In this document: positions 25,770-38,459 of the stretch, one piece after another
Layout of the letters: each line of letters opens with the position of its first letter
Position numbering within the stretch: position 1 is the first letter of the stretch
From: Scyliorhinus canicula
Lineage: Eukaryota
Direction of reading: 5' to 3'
Length of the DNA stretch: 64,000 nucleotides
Assembly (NCBI RefSeq): GCF_902713615.1
Contig: NC_052146.1
Location: forward strand, 70,823,238-70,887,237
Notes under the pieces: generated by a model
What the model was told of the DNA's origin: nothing
Databases searched by the model: none
What the model saw: only the letters and a program-made list of their open reading frames with translations
Made by a program: the position numbers and the translations under genes

Positions 25770-28085
25770 AGATCGAGGCGACTAAAAACTGATGAAGCTT
25801 TGGAGGAATATCGGGAAAGTAGGACAAATCTCAAACGCGCAATAAAGAGGGCTAAAAGGAGTCATGAAATATCTCTGGCTAACAGGGTTAAGGAAAATCC
25901 CAAAGCCTTTTATTCATATATAAGGAGCAAGAGGGTAACTAGAGAAAGAATTGGCCCACTCAAAGACAAAAGAGGGAATTTATGCGTGGAGTCAGAGGAA
26001 ATGAGTGAGCTTCTTAATGAGTACTTTGCATCGGTATTCACCAAGGAGAGGGACATGATGGATGTTGAGGCTAGGGATGGATGTTTAAATATTCTAGGTC
26101 ATGTTGGCAAAAGGAAGGGGGAGGTTTTGGGTATTCTAAAAGGCATTAAGGTGGACGTCCCCAGGACCGGATGGGATATAGAACATAGAACATAGAACAG
26201 TACAGCACAGAACAGGCCCTTCGGCCCTCGATATTGTGCCGAGCAATGATCACCCTACTCAAACCCAAGTATCCACCCTATACCCGTAACCCAACAACCC
26301 CCCTCCCCCCTCCCCCCTCCCCCCTCCCCCCCTTAACCTTACTTTTAGGACACTACGGTCAATTTAGCATGGCCAATCCACCTAACCTGCACATCTTTGG
26401 ACTGTGGGAGGAAACCGGAGCACCCAGAGGAAACCCACGCACACACGGGGAGGACGTGCAGACTCCGCACAGATAGTGACCCGGCCGGGAACTGAACCTG
26501 CGACCCTGGAGCTGTGAAGCATTTATGCTAACCACCATGCTACCATGCTGCCCGGTTAGTCTATCCCAGGTTACTGAGGGAAGCGAAGGACGAAATAGCT
26601 GGGGCCTTAACAGATATCTTTGCAGCATCCTTGAGCACGGGTGAGGTCCCGGAGGACTGGAGAATTGCTAATGTTGTCCCTTTGTTTAAGAAGGGTAGCA
26701 GGGATAATCCAGGGAATTATAAACCTGTGAGCTTGACGTCAGTGGTAGGCAAACTGTTGGAGAAGATACTGAGGGATAGGATCTATTCACATTTGGAAGA
26801 AAATAGACTTATCAGTGATAGGCAGCATGGTTTTGTGCAGGGAAGGTCATGTCTTACAAACCTAATAGAATTCTTTGAGGAAGTGACAAAGTTAATTGAT
26901 GAGGGAAGGACTGTAGATGTCATATAGATGGACTTCAGTAAAGCATTTGATAAAGTTTCCCATGGCAGGTTGATGGAAAAAGTGAAATCGTATGGGGTTC
27001 AGGGTGTACTAGCTAGATGGATAAAGAACTGGCTGGGCAACAGGAGACAGAGAGTAGTCGTGGAAGGGAGTGTCTCAAAATGGAGAAAGGTGACTAGTGG
27101 TGTTCCACAGGGATCCGTGCTCGGACCACTGTTGTTTGTGATATACATAAATGATCTGGACAAAGGTATAAGTGGTCTGATGAGCAAGTTTGCAGATGAT
27201 ACTAAGATTGGTGGAGTTGCAGAGAATACAGCAAAATATAGACAGATTGGAGAGTTGGGCAGAGAAATGGCAGATGGAGTTCAATCCAGACGAATGCGAG
27301 GTGATGCATTTTGGAAGATCTAATTCAAGAGCAGACTATATGGTCAATGGAAGGGTCTTGGGGAAAATTGATGTGCAGAGAGATCTGGGAGTTCAGGTCC
27401 ATTGTACCCTGAAGGTGGCAATGCAGGTCGATAGAGTGGTCAAGAAGGCATACAGCATGCTGGCCTTCATCGGACGGGGGTTTTGAGTACAAGAGTAGGC
27501 AGGTCATGTTACAGTTGTATAGGACTTTGGTTAGGCCACATTTGGAATACTGCGTGCAGTTCTGGTCGCCACATTACCAGAAGGATGTGGATGCTTTGGA
27601 GAGGGTGCAGAGGAGGCTCACCAGGATGTTGCCTGGTATGGAGGGTGCTAGCTATGAAGAAAGGTTGAGTAGATTAGGATTGTTTTCGTTGGAAAGACGG
27701 AGGTTGAGGGGAGGCCTGATTGAGGTCTACAAAATTATGAGAGGTATGGACAGGGTGGATAGCAACAAGCTTTTTCCAAGAGTGTGGGTGTCAATCACAA
27801 GGGGTCATGATTTCAAGGTGAGAGGGGAAAAGTTTAAGGAGATGTGCGTGGAAAGTTTTTTACGCAGAGGGTGATGGGTGCCTGGAATGCTTTGCCAGCG
27901 GAGGTGGTAGAAGCGGGTACGATAGCATCATTTAAGATGCATCTGGACAGATATATGAACGGGTGGGGAACAGAGAGAAGTAGACTTTGGAAAATAGGCA
28001 ACAGGTTTAGATAAAGGATCTGGATCGGCGCCGGCTGGTAGGGCCGAAGGGCCTGTTCCTGTGCTGTAATTTTCTTTGTTCTTTG
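25770..28085 (+). mobile_element. Younger 5'-truncated CR1 (RT half) with an HE1-like SINE at ~26168-26553 on minus
   Basis: Motifs [37 protein letters not shown] and FADD. Tail ttctttgttctttgt. AAG on both flanks. Confidence 0.9.
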
Positions 28086-29122
28086 TAAGTCCTGATGGAT
28101 TTGTCTTAAAAGAAATGACTCTTGCGATAAATGATCCAATTGTTTCGGGGAAGGTTCCATTAGATTGGAAAGTTGCAAATTGAACTGCTTTAATCAAAGA
28201 GGGAGGGAGACAGAGAGCAGAAAACTGCAAGCCAGATAGCTTAACATTTGTCATAGCGAAAATGGTGGAAGCTGTGTTATTAGAGATGTTATAACAGGGA
28301 ATTAGAAAACTTCAAGGTAATCAGACAGAGCCAATGCAGTTTTGTGAAAGGGAAATCATGTTTATTGCAGTTCTTTGAAGAGGTAACATGCTGTGGATAG
28401 AGGAAAACCAGTGGAGGTACTGTGCTTAGATTTCTAGAAGGCATTTGATAAGATGCTACATCGAATGTTATTGTGGAAAATAAAAGCTCATGGTTTAGCG
28501 GGTTAATATATTGGAAAGAATAGAAGATTGGCTAGCTAACAGGAAACAGTAGGCATAAATGTGTCATTTTCTGGCTTGGCGGTATTTGAGGAATGGTTTC
28601 CACAGGAATATGTGCAGGAGCCTCAGCTATTTACAATTTATATAAATGACTTGGATGAAGAGACCAAAGGTATGGTTGTTAAATATGCTGATGTCACAAA
28701 GATACATGGGAAAGTAAGTTGTGAAAAGCATATATGGAGGCTACGAAGGGACATAGATAGGTTAAGTGAGGGGCAAAGGTCTGGTATAATGTGGGAAAAA
28801 TGAAATTGTCCATTTTAGCAGGAACAATTCCAAATAAATATATTGTCTAAATGGGGAGAGATTGCAGAGCTGAGATGCAGAGGGACCTGGGTCTCTGAGT
28901 GCATGAGTCGCAAAAGGTTAGTAAGCAGGTACAGCAAGTAATTAGGAAAACTTATAGAATGTTATTGTTTATTGCATGGGGAATTTAATACAAAAGTAGG
29001 GAAGTTGTGCTTAAGTTATACAGGGTATTGGTGAGACCACATCTGGAGTACTGTGCACAATATTGGTCTCTTTATTTAAGGATGGATGTAAATGTGCTGG
29101 AAACAGTTCACAGAAGATTTAT

Positions 29123-29860
29123 TTAATTTATTTTTTTAAAAATTGAGAGTACCCAATTCGTTTTTTTTCCAATTAAGGGGCAATTTAGCGTGGCCAATCC
29201 ACCTACCCTGCACATCTTTTGGGGGGGTGGGGTGGGGGGGGGGTGGGGTTGGGGTGGGGTTGTGGGGTGGGGGGGGGGGGGTTGTGGGGTGGGGGGGGGG
29301 GGGTTGTGGGGGGGGGTGGGGTTGGGGGGGGTGGGGTGGGGGGGGTGGGGTTGGGGTGGGGTTGTGGGAGGGGGGTGGGGTTGGGGGGGGGGGTGGGGGG
29401 GGGTGGGGTTGTGGGAGGGGGGTGGGGTTGGGGGGGGGGGGGGTGGGGGGGGGGTGGGGTTGGGGGGGGGGTGGGGGGGGTGGGGTTGGGGGGGGTGGGG
29501 TTGGGGGGGGGTGGGGTGGGGGGGGTGGTGTTGGGGGGGGGTGGGGTGGGGGGGTGGTGTTGGGGGGGGGTGGGGTGGGGGGGGTGGGGTTGGGGGGGGT
29601 TGGGGGGGGTGGGGTTGGGGGTGGGGGGGGGGGTGGGGGGGGGTGGGGTGGAGGTGGGTGGGGTGGGGTGGGGGTGGGTGGGGTGGGGGGGTGGGTGGGG
29701 TGGGGGGGGGTGGGGTGGGGTGGTGGGGGGGGTGAAACCCACGCAAACAAGGGGAGAATGTGCAAACTCCACACGGACAGTGACCCAAAGCCGGGATCGA
29801 AATTGGGACCTCGGCGCCGTGAGGTCGCAGTGCCAACCCACTGCACCTCCGTGCTGCCCC
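29123..29860 (-). mobile_element. SINE with an internal G-rich expansion; 15-bp TSD with 1 mismatch
   Basis: TCACAGAAGATTTAT at 29108-29122 versus TCAGAGAAGATTTAT at 29861-29875. The head ggggcagcacgg is on minus. Confidence 0.85.
29221..29732 (+). repeat. ~510-bp G-rich low-complexity tract (GGGGT/GGGGTT/Gn)
   Basis: Replaces the short gggttgtgggggtg seen in sister SINEs at about 34865 and 58430. Confidence 0.9.
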
Positions 29861-30319
29861 TCAGAGAAGATTTATGAGACTAATACCTGGAATGGGCGGG
29901 ATTGTCTTATGAGAAAAAGTTGGACAGGTTAGTCTTGTATCCATTGGAGTTTAGAAGAGTGAGAGGAGTTGAGGTTACAAACAGATCAGCCATGATCCTG
30001 TTGAATAATGGACAGGCTTAAAAGGCTGATTGGCTCCTAATTTGTATCTTGGAGGGAAGGTTACTGCTGAAGCAGCTGAAGATGGTTTGGCTTAGAACAC
30101 TATCATTAGGAACTCTTACAGCAATGTCTTGGGCTGAAATGATTTGCCTTCAAAGCCCAATCTTCTTTGTGTTAGATATGAGTCCAATCAATGGAGTGCC
30201 ACCACACACCCCTCCCCCTTTCTCACTGACTTCAATTTTGCTCAAGCTCCTCGATTCCACACTCGGTGATAAATGTTGCCTTCATGACGAGCAATCACTC
30301 TCACCTTACCTCTTGAATT

Positions 30320-30620
30320 AATCATCTTCATTAGTGCCACAAATAGGCTTACATTACACTGCAATGAAGTTACTGTGAAAATTCCCTGGTCGCCACACTA
30401 CTGCGCCTGTTTGGGTAAACTGGGAGAATTCAGAATGTCCAATTCACCTAACAAGCGCGTCTTTCGGGACTTGGAGGAAACCAGAGCACCCGGAGGAAAC
30501 CCATGCAGACACTGGGAGAACAGGCAGACTCCGCACAGACAGTGACCTAAGCTGGGAATCAAACCTTGGTCCCTGGCATTGTGAAGCAACAGTGCTAACC
30601 ATTGTGCTACCGTGCTGCCC
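30320..30620 (-). mobile_element. SINE with an HE1-like head/body and a family B-type tail
   Basis: Minus strand: GGGCAGCACGGTAGCACAATGG...GGTTTCCTCC, then ...TGGCGACCAGGGAATTTTCACAGTAACTTCATTG...GCCTATTTGTGGCACTAA. Confidence 0.75.
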
Positions 30621-30836
30621 AGCTCTGTGTCCAGGCTTATCACATCTTTGATAAGCTTTGGAGCTGAATGGCCCTCGTGGAACCAAAACTGAACATCAGT
30701 TAGCAGGATATTACAAAGTAAATGCCTCTTGACTGCACTGTCATTTACAAAGTATATTCTTTTTATGTTTTACGTTCTCCTTTGCATAAGACATACTAGA
30801 ATTGAATGGTAACAGTGCAAGGTGTTGGCATTTCAA

Positions 30837-30852
30837 CCACCAGAGGGCAGCA
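30837..30852 (+). promoter_or_regulatory. CTCF-like motif (forward)
   Basis: CCACCAGAGGGCAGCA is a near-consensus match, in DNA with no repeat I recognise. Confidence 0.6.
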
Positions 30853-32169
30853 ACAGCCAGGCTGTCACTGCTCACTGTTTTAACCGATTACCCGGTGTGA
30901 CTCATTTGCTCATCCTGTCAAGTCAAGAGCAAACTAAGTTTAAAATACTGGAAAATAAAAGTTGCTGATAGAGGCAAAGCATTTCCAAATTTGCCATCCC
31001 AATATATGGTGCTATTTATTTCTTAGGGAATTGTGTGTTTGTGTCTGTCTGTGTGTGTACCTAATAATCACCTCTGGGAAGGGAAAGTAATTCCGTTTTT
31101 GTGTGTTTAAGGGGGAAGCATTCCTCGCCAGAGCTCATCAAATGATGCAAATCAGGAATAGATGCAAAATAAGGTTCCGAGGCAATTATCCCAACCTTCC
31201 AACATCCCTATCCTCTTAATGAACAAGATCCCAAATTTTCCAAAGCTTTCTATCCTATGCCATGTTCCCCTCACCTTGTCCATGAATCCCATGACTACAT
31301 TGGAAACTTAATACCTACTTACTTGACCGAGCCTCTAGTTACAAGCCCTAATATCCTTAACTTAACTTGCATGGCTCAATGCCAATCTTTATCAGATAGT
31401 GCTCATGCAAAATGCCTTAGCACGTTTTGCTACATTATTATGGTGCTATATAGATGCATTTTTGTTGAAATGTTAAGTGTTCGCATAGATTTAATTGTAT
31501 TTCCTAGTCATTGCCAAAGGTCAAAAATATTATCACATACCCAGAAGGTGCAACTCTCCCACATCTACCGAAGTTTAGAGCTGTTATCTATTTGCCTGAC
31601 AATTGATCACTTAATTATTTATATTTAATCTTCAAAGGATAAGGCACCTTATAACTCTCAGATTTTCCCACGGTCTTCAATTCTCTCAATATATTGCTGG
31701 AACATATTAGTAGGTGTATCGTTCAAGGATTCACTACTCATGTATTTACCAATAGAGATTGCATTTTCATGAACTTGTTGAGAAAAGGTGCAAGGGTTTT
31801 GACTTTTTTCTCCTTTTAAGCAGCCCAATTAGTGCATTGTGCTGCATTACTGTCTCACTCTCCTTTTATTTCTGTATGTTATTTCTCAAAATGACTTGTC
31901 AGTCAATTTTAAAGGTTTTTTAGGCTGTTTATAACATTTTTAATAAAAGCTCAGCAAATTATGGTAAGGTAATTGTTTTCCAAAAAAGACACCCATGAAT
32001 TCAAAGGAACCACTTTTCTATGAGAGGTTAATTTCCAAAGTTGATAAAATTGAAGTGCACAAGCTCTTTGCAGAGCAGCGTTATTTTTGTTATTTTAATT
32101 CAGTCCTCAGTTCCTACTTCACTTTAAAAACATCACACGGCACGGCATGCACAGGAAGAAAATCAAGCA

Positions 32170-33010
32170 AGATAAGACCATAAGAAATAGGAACAGGAGT
32201 AGACAGTCAGCCCTTCGAGCCTCCTCCACCATTTAATACGATTATGGCTGATCTCCCACTTACTATGTCCACTTTCCTACCTTATCTCAGTAACCCTTAA
32301 TTCCCCATCTGATTAAAAACCTAGCAATCTCAATCTTGAAAATATTCAAGGACTCGGCCTCCACACCTTCCAGGGGCAAAGAATTCCAAAGATTCACCAC
32401 TCATTGAGGGAAGAAATTCTTCTGAAATGAGCACCCTCTTATTCTCTGACTCTGCCCTTTGGTGCTACACTTTCCCATGAGTGGGAAAACCCTCCTAAAA
32501 TTTACCCTGTCTAAATACCAAAGAATCTTATATGTTTCAATCAAAAACCTCTCATTTTCTGAATTCCAAGGATTACAGACGCATCCTGTTTCATCTTTCC
32601 TCAAATGGCAGTCGCTCTCCATACCCGGGATCATCCTAAGTAAACCTCATCTGTACTGCCTCCAATTGTAATATATATTTCCTTAAATGAGGGGTTCAGA
32701 TCTGTACACAGTATTCTAAATGTGGCCTCATTAGTATCTTGCAGAATGGCAGCAACACCTCGTGACTTTTATACTCCCTGAAATGAAAGCCAGCATTCCA
32801 TTTGCCTTCCCTATTATTTTCTGCATCTGTATGCTAGCTTTCTGGAATTCATCAACAAGGACCCCATGTCCCTTTGTGCTACAGATTTTTGCTGTGTCTC
32901 TCTATTTAAATAATAATCCGCCTTCTCATTCTTTCTTCCAAAATGAACAATCTCACATTTTCCCATATTGAATTCCATTTTGCCAATATTCTGCCCACTC
33001 GCTTAACCTG
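32170..33010 (-). mobile_element. Old CR1 3' fragment
   Basis: Starts with the reversed tail ataagaaataggaacaggagtag...agcccttcgagcc, followed by a degenerate reverse RT C-terminus. Confidence 0.65.
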
Positions 33011-34769
33011 AGTATGGACTTGATTTCTAGTTTAAAAGTTGAGGATAGTTTTAGGATAGGAATATTTTTTAAAAGGACAGAAAATCTCTCGGCGAGAAGG
33101 TAACATTTCTCCATCATTGGATAGGCTTGGTATTGCTAATCCCAATATAATCCTTTCTGTCTATTCCACAAATGGGTAATCTTTTGGACTATTCATCGAT
33201 TTGCATTTTTGGTTACCAGAAAATTTGATTTATTTATGATATTAACTCTATTAAGCCATTGTCAAATAGGCAACTGCCACTGAACTAAAGTTTTCAATTC
33301 TTCAAATTCTTTTTAATAACTTAGCATTGAAAACTGGGTTCTGAGATGCATCTATATTGTGTTAATTATGTTCCTGTGCATGTTGCACTGTGCATGTAAA
33401 TCAGGTGACATCTTGATAGTGCCACAGATACGGCAGTCTCTTATCTCCTTACCCAATTTTCAATGTGGGAACTGGGGATATCTTTTAAGATAAGATTGAG
33501 AAGTGAACCATTTTTTGACACTGAAAGGTGATGATCAAAATTGGTTTAAAAAGTCTGACTTGATCCCTAATCATTTAACATACAAATAAAACTGACCAAA
33601 TAACTTTAGTCTGTATCCATCGGTCCATCTTATTGGTTTACGATATTTTTTACCTAATGTTACAGGAGAGCACCGTGACATTCAAACATATTCACCAGGA
33701 AATTATACACTGGGATTCAGGGTTGACTGTTAAGATTAAATCTACTAATCCTTGTGCGCTGATGAATAGTACAATTTTTTACTCCGAGTTTATGGACTGG
33801 GCGAACTGAAAACTTGAGGAAAAATGTGCCGACAAGAAGGCTGAACTCAACGTCCCGCCCATGCTCATCAGTATCATCAACCTGCCTCAAGTCCCTGCCA
33901 TTATATCCAAATCCTAAAGTTTTACAAGAAAAAAAAGCTCCATCCTCTTGAACAACCATTCCTTCTTCAATCACCCCATCTCAAATCTTGGATTTCATTG
34001 TTAACTTCTTTCACTACTCTCTTTTGTTAGCTAAGCTGTGTAAATGGAATTGAGTGAATCTACTGAATAAAGTGACTTGAAAATTGGGTTGATGAGAATT
34101 TGGTATATGTGATCATTTGCCTTTGAGGGGGAGGAGGGTACTAAATAGCTTAAACCAAAAGACATTAATATAAATAAGAGTAACTAGACATTAATATAAA
34201 TAAGAGTAACCTGCTTACCTGCAGGTCCCAAGGACTGGGCCGAAAGTGGGAGTGCCCTGCTGTTATAGGGGTGGGAATTGGGGCTGCATCAAATTAAGGG
34301 CAGTAGCACACCCCAAGAGCAGCTGGCCCAATCGGAGAGCTGCAGCTCAATAGTGCCCTTACTAGCAGGGGGCATTGTTGAGGCTGCAACTCCAGGATGA
34401 GGGCATCTCAATGGTGAGGTGCCATCAAAGAGATGATTGGTTTCAGTGGGGAAGCTGAGGCTTAGCCAGATTCTAGTGATTGAGGTGAGTGGGGCTTTGC
34501 TGAGCACCAGAAATACTGTTGCCACAAGGGTGGCCATTCCTGCTAGGGGGCCTTCCATGTGCCATGGATTGCACACCAAAAAAGGTCTCCTCCATACCCA
34601 CTGGGAGGCCTCCCAGGCTTACCCGCCAATCTCTCCAGGAGGGAGCAGGCCCTCACATCAAGGGTAAAATGCCTTAATTGACCACTTAAGTGACCCCAAT
34701 GGTTTCTTTCCATTGGCACTATGGCATGGTAAAGGGAAGATGTTGGGCTCCCTTCCCAATTATGCCCTC

Positions 34770-34997
34770 AGCCATTTTGTTTCATAAATTTAGAGTACCC
34801 AATTCTTTTTTTCCCAATTAAGGGGCAATTTAGCAATGCCAATCCACCTAGTCTGCACATCTTTGGGTTGTGGGGGTGAGACCCACACAGACATGAGAAT
34901 GTGCAATCCCCACACGGACAATGACTCAGGGCCGGGTTCCAACTCGGGTCCTCAGTGCCGTGAGGCAGCAGTGCTAACCACTGCACCACCATGCCTC
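34770..34997 (-). mobile_element. Short tRNA-derived SINE
   Basis: ttagagtacccaatt...ccaattaaggggcaatttagc...gctaaccactgcaccacc; same family as 58318-58567. Confidence 0.8.
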
Positions 34998-35589
34998 CCA
35001 GTTCCATCCTGTCACCAAAGCCAGAGGAAAAATTCAGCACATTATCCAGTGACAAAATCAAACTTAACTCGTGGATGCCAGCATTAAAGGGACTCTAAAG
35101 GAAATACATTTGTATTAAGTAAAACTCCCTTATAAAAATAACAATAGGGTAGTGAATGTTAAAATAAACAAGTTGATAATCAAAACAAAACTACTTACTT
35201 TACAAATTCACTAGAAATCTATCTAAAGTCATCTACTAAACATAACCGAGATATAAAATGTAAAATTACTAATCAATAAATAAATATTTGAGATGGCATT
35301 GCAGACAATGTATTGGGTTTGTAACATGTGGGAGTTTGTGAGACTAACCCAGATCTTCAGAAAATTCTGCCATTAGACATTGCAGCTTTGAATCCTTGAA
35401 CCATGTGGACACAGTTTGGATTCCAACAGGACCACTTGAATACAGACCTCATTGTAATCATGTGCCAAAATGTACAAATAAGCTGAATTCCACAGCTAAG
35501 GTGAGTGATTGTCATTGATGACAACACAGCAATTGACAGACTCTAGTTTCAAGGAATCCTAGTAGAATTCTCTGGCAGCAGTGCACCCC

Positions 35590-37257
35590 ACCCCAATGAA
35601 CTCAATGCATTCTATGCTTGGTTCGAGCAGGTAACCAACAATCCGCTGTCGAGTGCCCCAGCAGCCCATAACTCACCCATACCCACCATCACAGCTTCCG
35701 AGGTCAGATCGGCCTTTCTGAAAGTGAATCCTCGGAAGGCGACAGTCCCGGACGGGATCTCTGGTCGTGCACTCAGAGCCTGCGTGGACCAGCTGGCAGA
35801 GGTATTTGTAGACATCTTTAACCTGTCCCTACACCACTCTGAGGTCCCCACCTGCTTCAAGAAGACCACCATTATACCGGTACTAAAGAAGAACCAGGCA
35901 ACGTGCCTCAATCACTACCGTCCGGTGGTCCTGACTTCAGTCGTAATGAAGTGCTTCGAGAGGTTGATCATGAAGCGCATCACCCCTGTACTCCCAGAAC
36001 GCCTTGATCCACTGCAATTCGCATACCGCCGCAACTGGTCCACAGCAGACGGCATTTCCCTGACCCTACATTCATCCCTAGAGCATCTCGACAACAAGGA
36101 CCCCTACATCAGACTCCTATTTATTGACTACAGCTCCGCCTTCAACACCATAATCCCAGCCAAGCTCATATCAAAGCTCCAAAACCTAGGACTTGGCTCC
36201 CCACTCTGCAACTGGATCCTCGATTTTCTGACCAACAGACCACAATCAGTAAGAATGAACAACACCTCCTCCACAATAGTCCTCAATACCAGGGCCCCAC
36301 AAGGCTGCATACTTAGCCCCCTACTCTACTCCCTGTACACACATGACTGCGTGGCAAAATTTGGCTCCAACTCCACCTACAAGTTTGCTGACGATACAAC
36401 CATAGTGGACTGGATCTCGAAGAACGACAAGTCAGAATACAGGAGGGAGATAGAGAACCGAGTGAAGTGGTGCAGTGACAACAATCTCTCCCTCAATGCT
36501 AGCAAAACTAAAGAGATGGTCATTGACTTCAGGAAAAAAAGTATTGTACAAACCCCTGTCAGCATCAACGGGGCTGAGGTGGAGATGGTTAGCAGTTTCA
36601 AATTCCTAGGGGTGCACATCACCAAAAACCTGTCCTGGTCCACCCACATTGATGCTATCACCAAGAAAGCACAACAGCGCCTATACTTCCTCAGGAAATT
36701 AAGGAAATTCGGCATGTCCACATTAACCCTTACCAACTTTTTTACACATGCACCATAGAAAGCATCCTATCTTTATGGCAATTCCTCAGCCCAGGACCAC
36801 AAGAAACTTCAGAGAGTCATGAACACAGCTCAGTCCATTACACCTGCCTCCCATCCATTAACTCCATCTACACCTCCTGCTGCCTTGGGAAAGCGGGCAG
36901 TATAATCAAAGACCTCTCCCACCCGGCTTACTCACTCTTCCAACTTCTTCCATCGGGCAGGAGATACAAAAGTCTGAGAACAAGCACGAACAGACTCAAA
37001 AACAGCTTCTCCCCCGCTGTTACCAGACTCCTAAATGACCCTCTTATGGACTGACCTCATTAACACTACACCCTGTATGCTTCATCCAATGCTGGTGTTT
37101 ATGTAGTTACATTGTAAATTTTACCTTGTATTGCCCTATTATGTATTTTCTTTTCTCCCTTTTCTTCCCATGTACTTAATGATCTGTTGACCTGCTTGCA
37201 GAAAAATACTTTTCATTGTACCTCGGTACACATGACAATAAACAAATCCAATCCAAT
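35590..37257 (+). mobile_element. 5'-truncated Rex1/Babar-type LINE (RT ORF 35724-36758)
   Basis: RKATVPDGISGRALRACVDQLAEVF, YRPVVLT, FAYR, DYSSAFNTI, PQGCILSP and FADD. Tail catgacaataaacaaatccaatcc. Confidence 0.85.
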
Positions 37258-38459
37258 TGAAGTCAGTGGAAGTTGGGGTAAATACTTCACTAATGAGTAT
37301 TATACTTAGCACAAAGGAAGATAGTTGTTGTTGGAGACTGATCATCTTGGCCTCAGGCTATCATGAGGTAATGTTCCCCATGGCAATGTTCTATACTGAT
37401 CATCTTCAACTGCTTTATCAATGAGCTTTGCTTCATTGTAAGGTCAGATGTCTGACTCAGTGACTCTGACAGTATCCTAATCTCCCCCACAAACTTGAAT
37501 GCACCATTAACTGGATACAACTTTTGCAGCCCTATAACTGCTGTGGTGAAAGATAAACAGATTATAGTCTGTATTCTGCAGTGCGTGACTCACTTCCTGA
37601 CTTCCAAAGGTGTTCTACCATCAATAGGACCCAATTTAGGAGCATTATGAATACTCTTCATTTACCAGATGAGTGCAGCTTGATGCCACTCAGGGCAAAC
37701 AGCGTCCTTTATAGGAATGCTATCCAAGTCTCTAAGCTTAAACATTCACTCCTTCCAACACTGATGCGTCTACAAATCGCATTTCGGCAACCCCCAATGC
37801 TTCTTTGATAGTATCTCTGAAATACATGACTATACCACCTAGAAGAGCAAGAACACAAGAACAAGGGCAGGGTCCTTTCCTCCATCATCCAGGAACCACC
37901 CTTGATCTGGATCCTCTCTCTTCATTAAATGCCAGAGAATAACCTGCATGCTTCCCTTCCTGTCCTGCATAGTTACTTCTGGCATTCCCCAAACACCCAC
38001 CCTTGTTTACCATCCATTTCGTATCTACACGTTTTTCCTTGGTGACAAGCAGAAAATATCACTTCAAGTTTCAATGGGATGCAGATAACACCCATTATGA
38101 ACCCTTTGACCCACCCGCTACTTCGATTCATCATAATGTTTATCTAACATCCTGTACTCTCTGCGCAGAAATTTCCTCCACATATTGGAATGATATTATT
38201 ATCTTCGATCTCGTCTACAAACTCTATTTCCTAGTGACTGACTCTATCCCTCTGTCTTTCAACTGAGGCTAATATAAACCAGTCACAAGCTTGATGACCT
38301 ATTTGACTCTGAGATGAGCTTCCTGACCCATATCCTAGCCATCAACAAGCCCACTTACTTCGACCTTTATGCTATCACCCATCTCTGGCCTGTCTCAGCT
38401 CATCAATGAAAGGCCTTCATCTATCCCTCTGTTACCTCGAGACTTGATGATCCCAGTGC

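Larger units (their letters stand above)
25530..29990 (+). mobile_element. Older degenerate CR1 interrupted by a younger CR1 and a SINE
   Basis: ctgacaagtcccc at about 25768 continues as aagtcctgatgg at 28086. Degenerate RT motifs (YADVTK, LVRPHLEYC) follow. Confidence 0.7.

Noticed and set aside
29123-29932. Pro-rich and Gly-rich 180-240 aa ORFs
   Set aside because: Translations of the G-tract inside a SINE.
33666-33990. Possible exon after tgttacag and a minus-strand 85-aa ORF
   Set aside because: All plus frames hit stops, and I recognise no motif.
34160-34210. 25-bp direct duplication separated by one T
   Set aside because: Could be a slippage product or an excision footprint; nothing distinguishes them.
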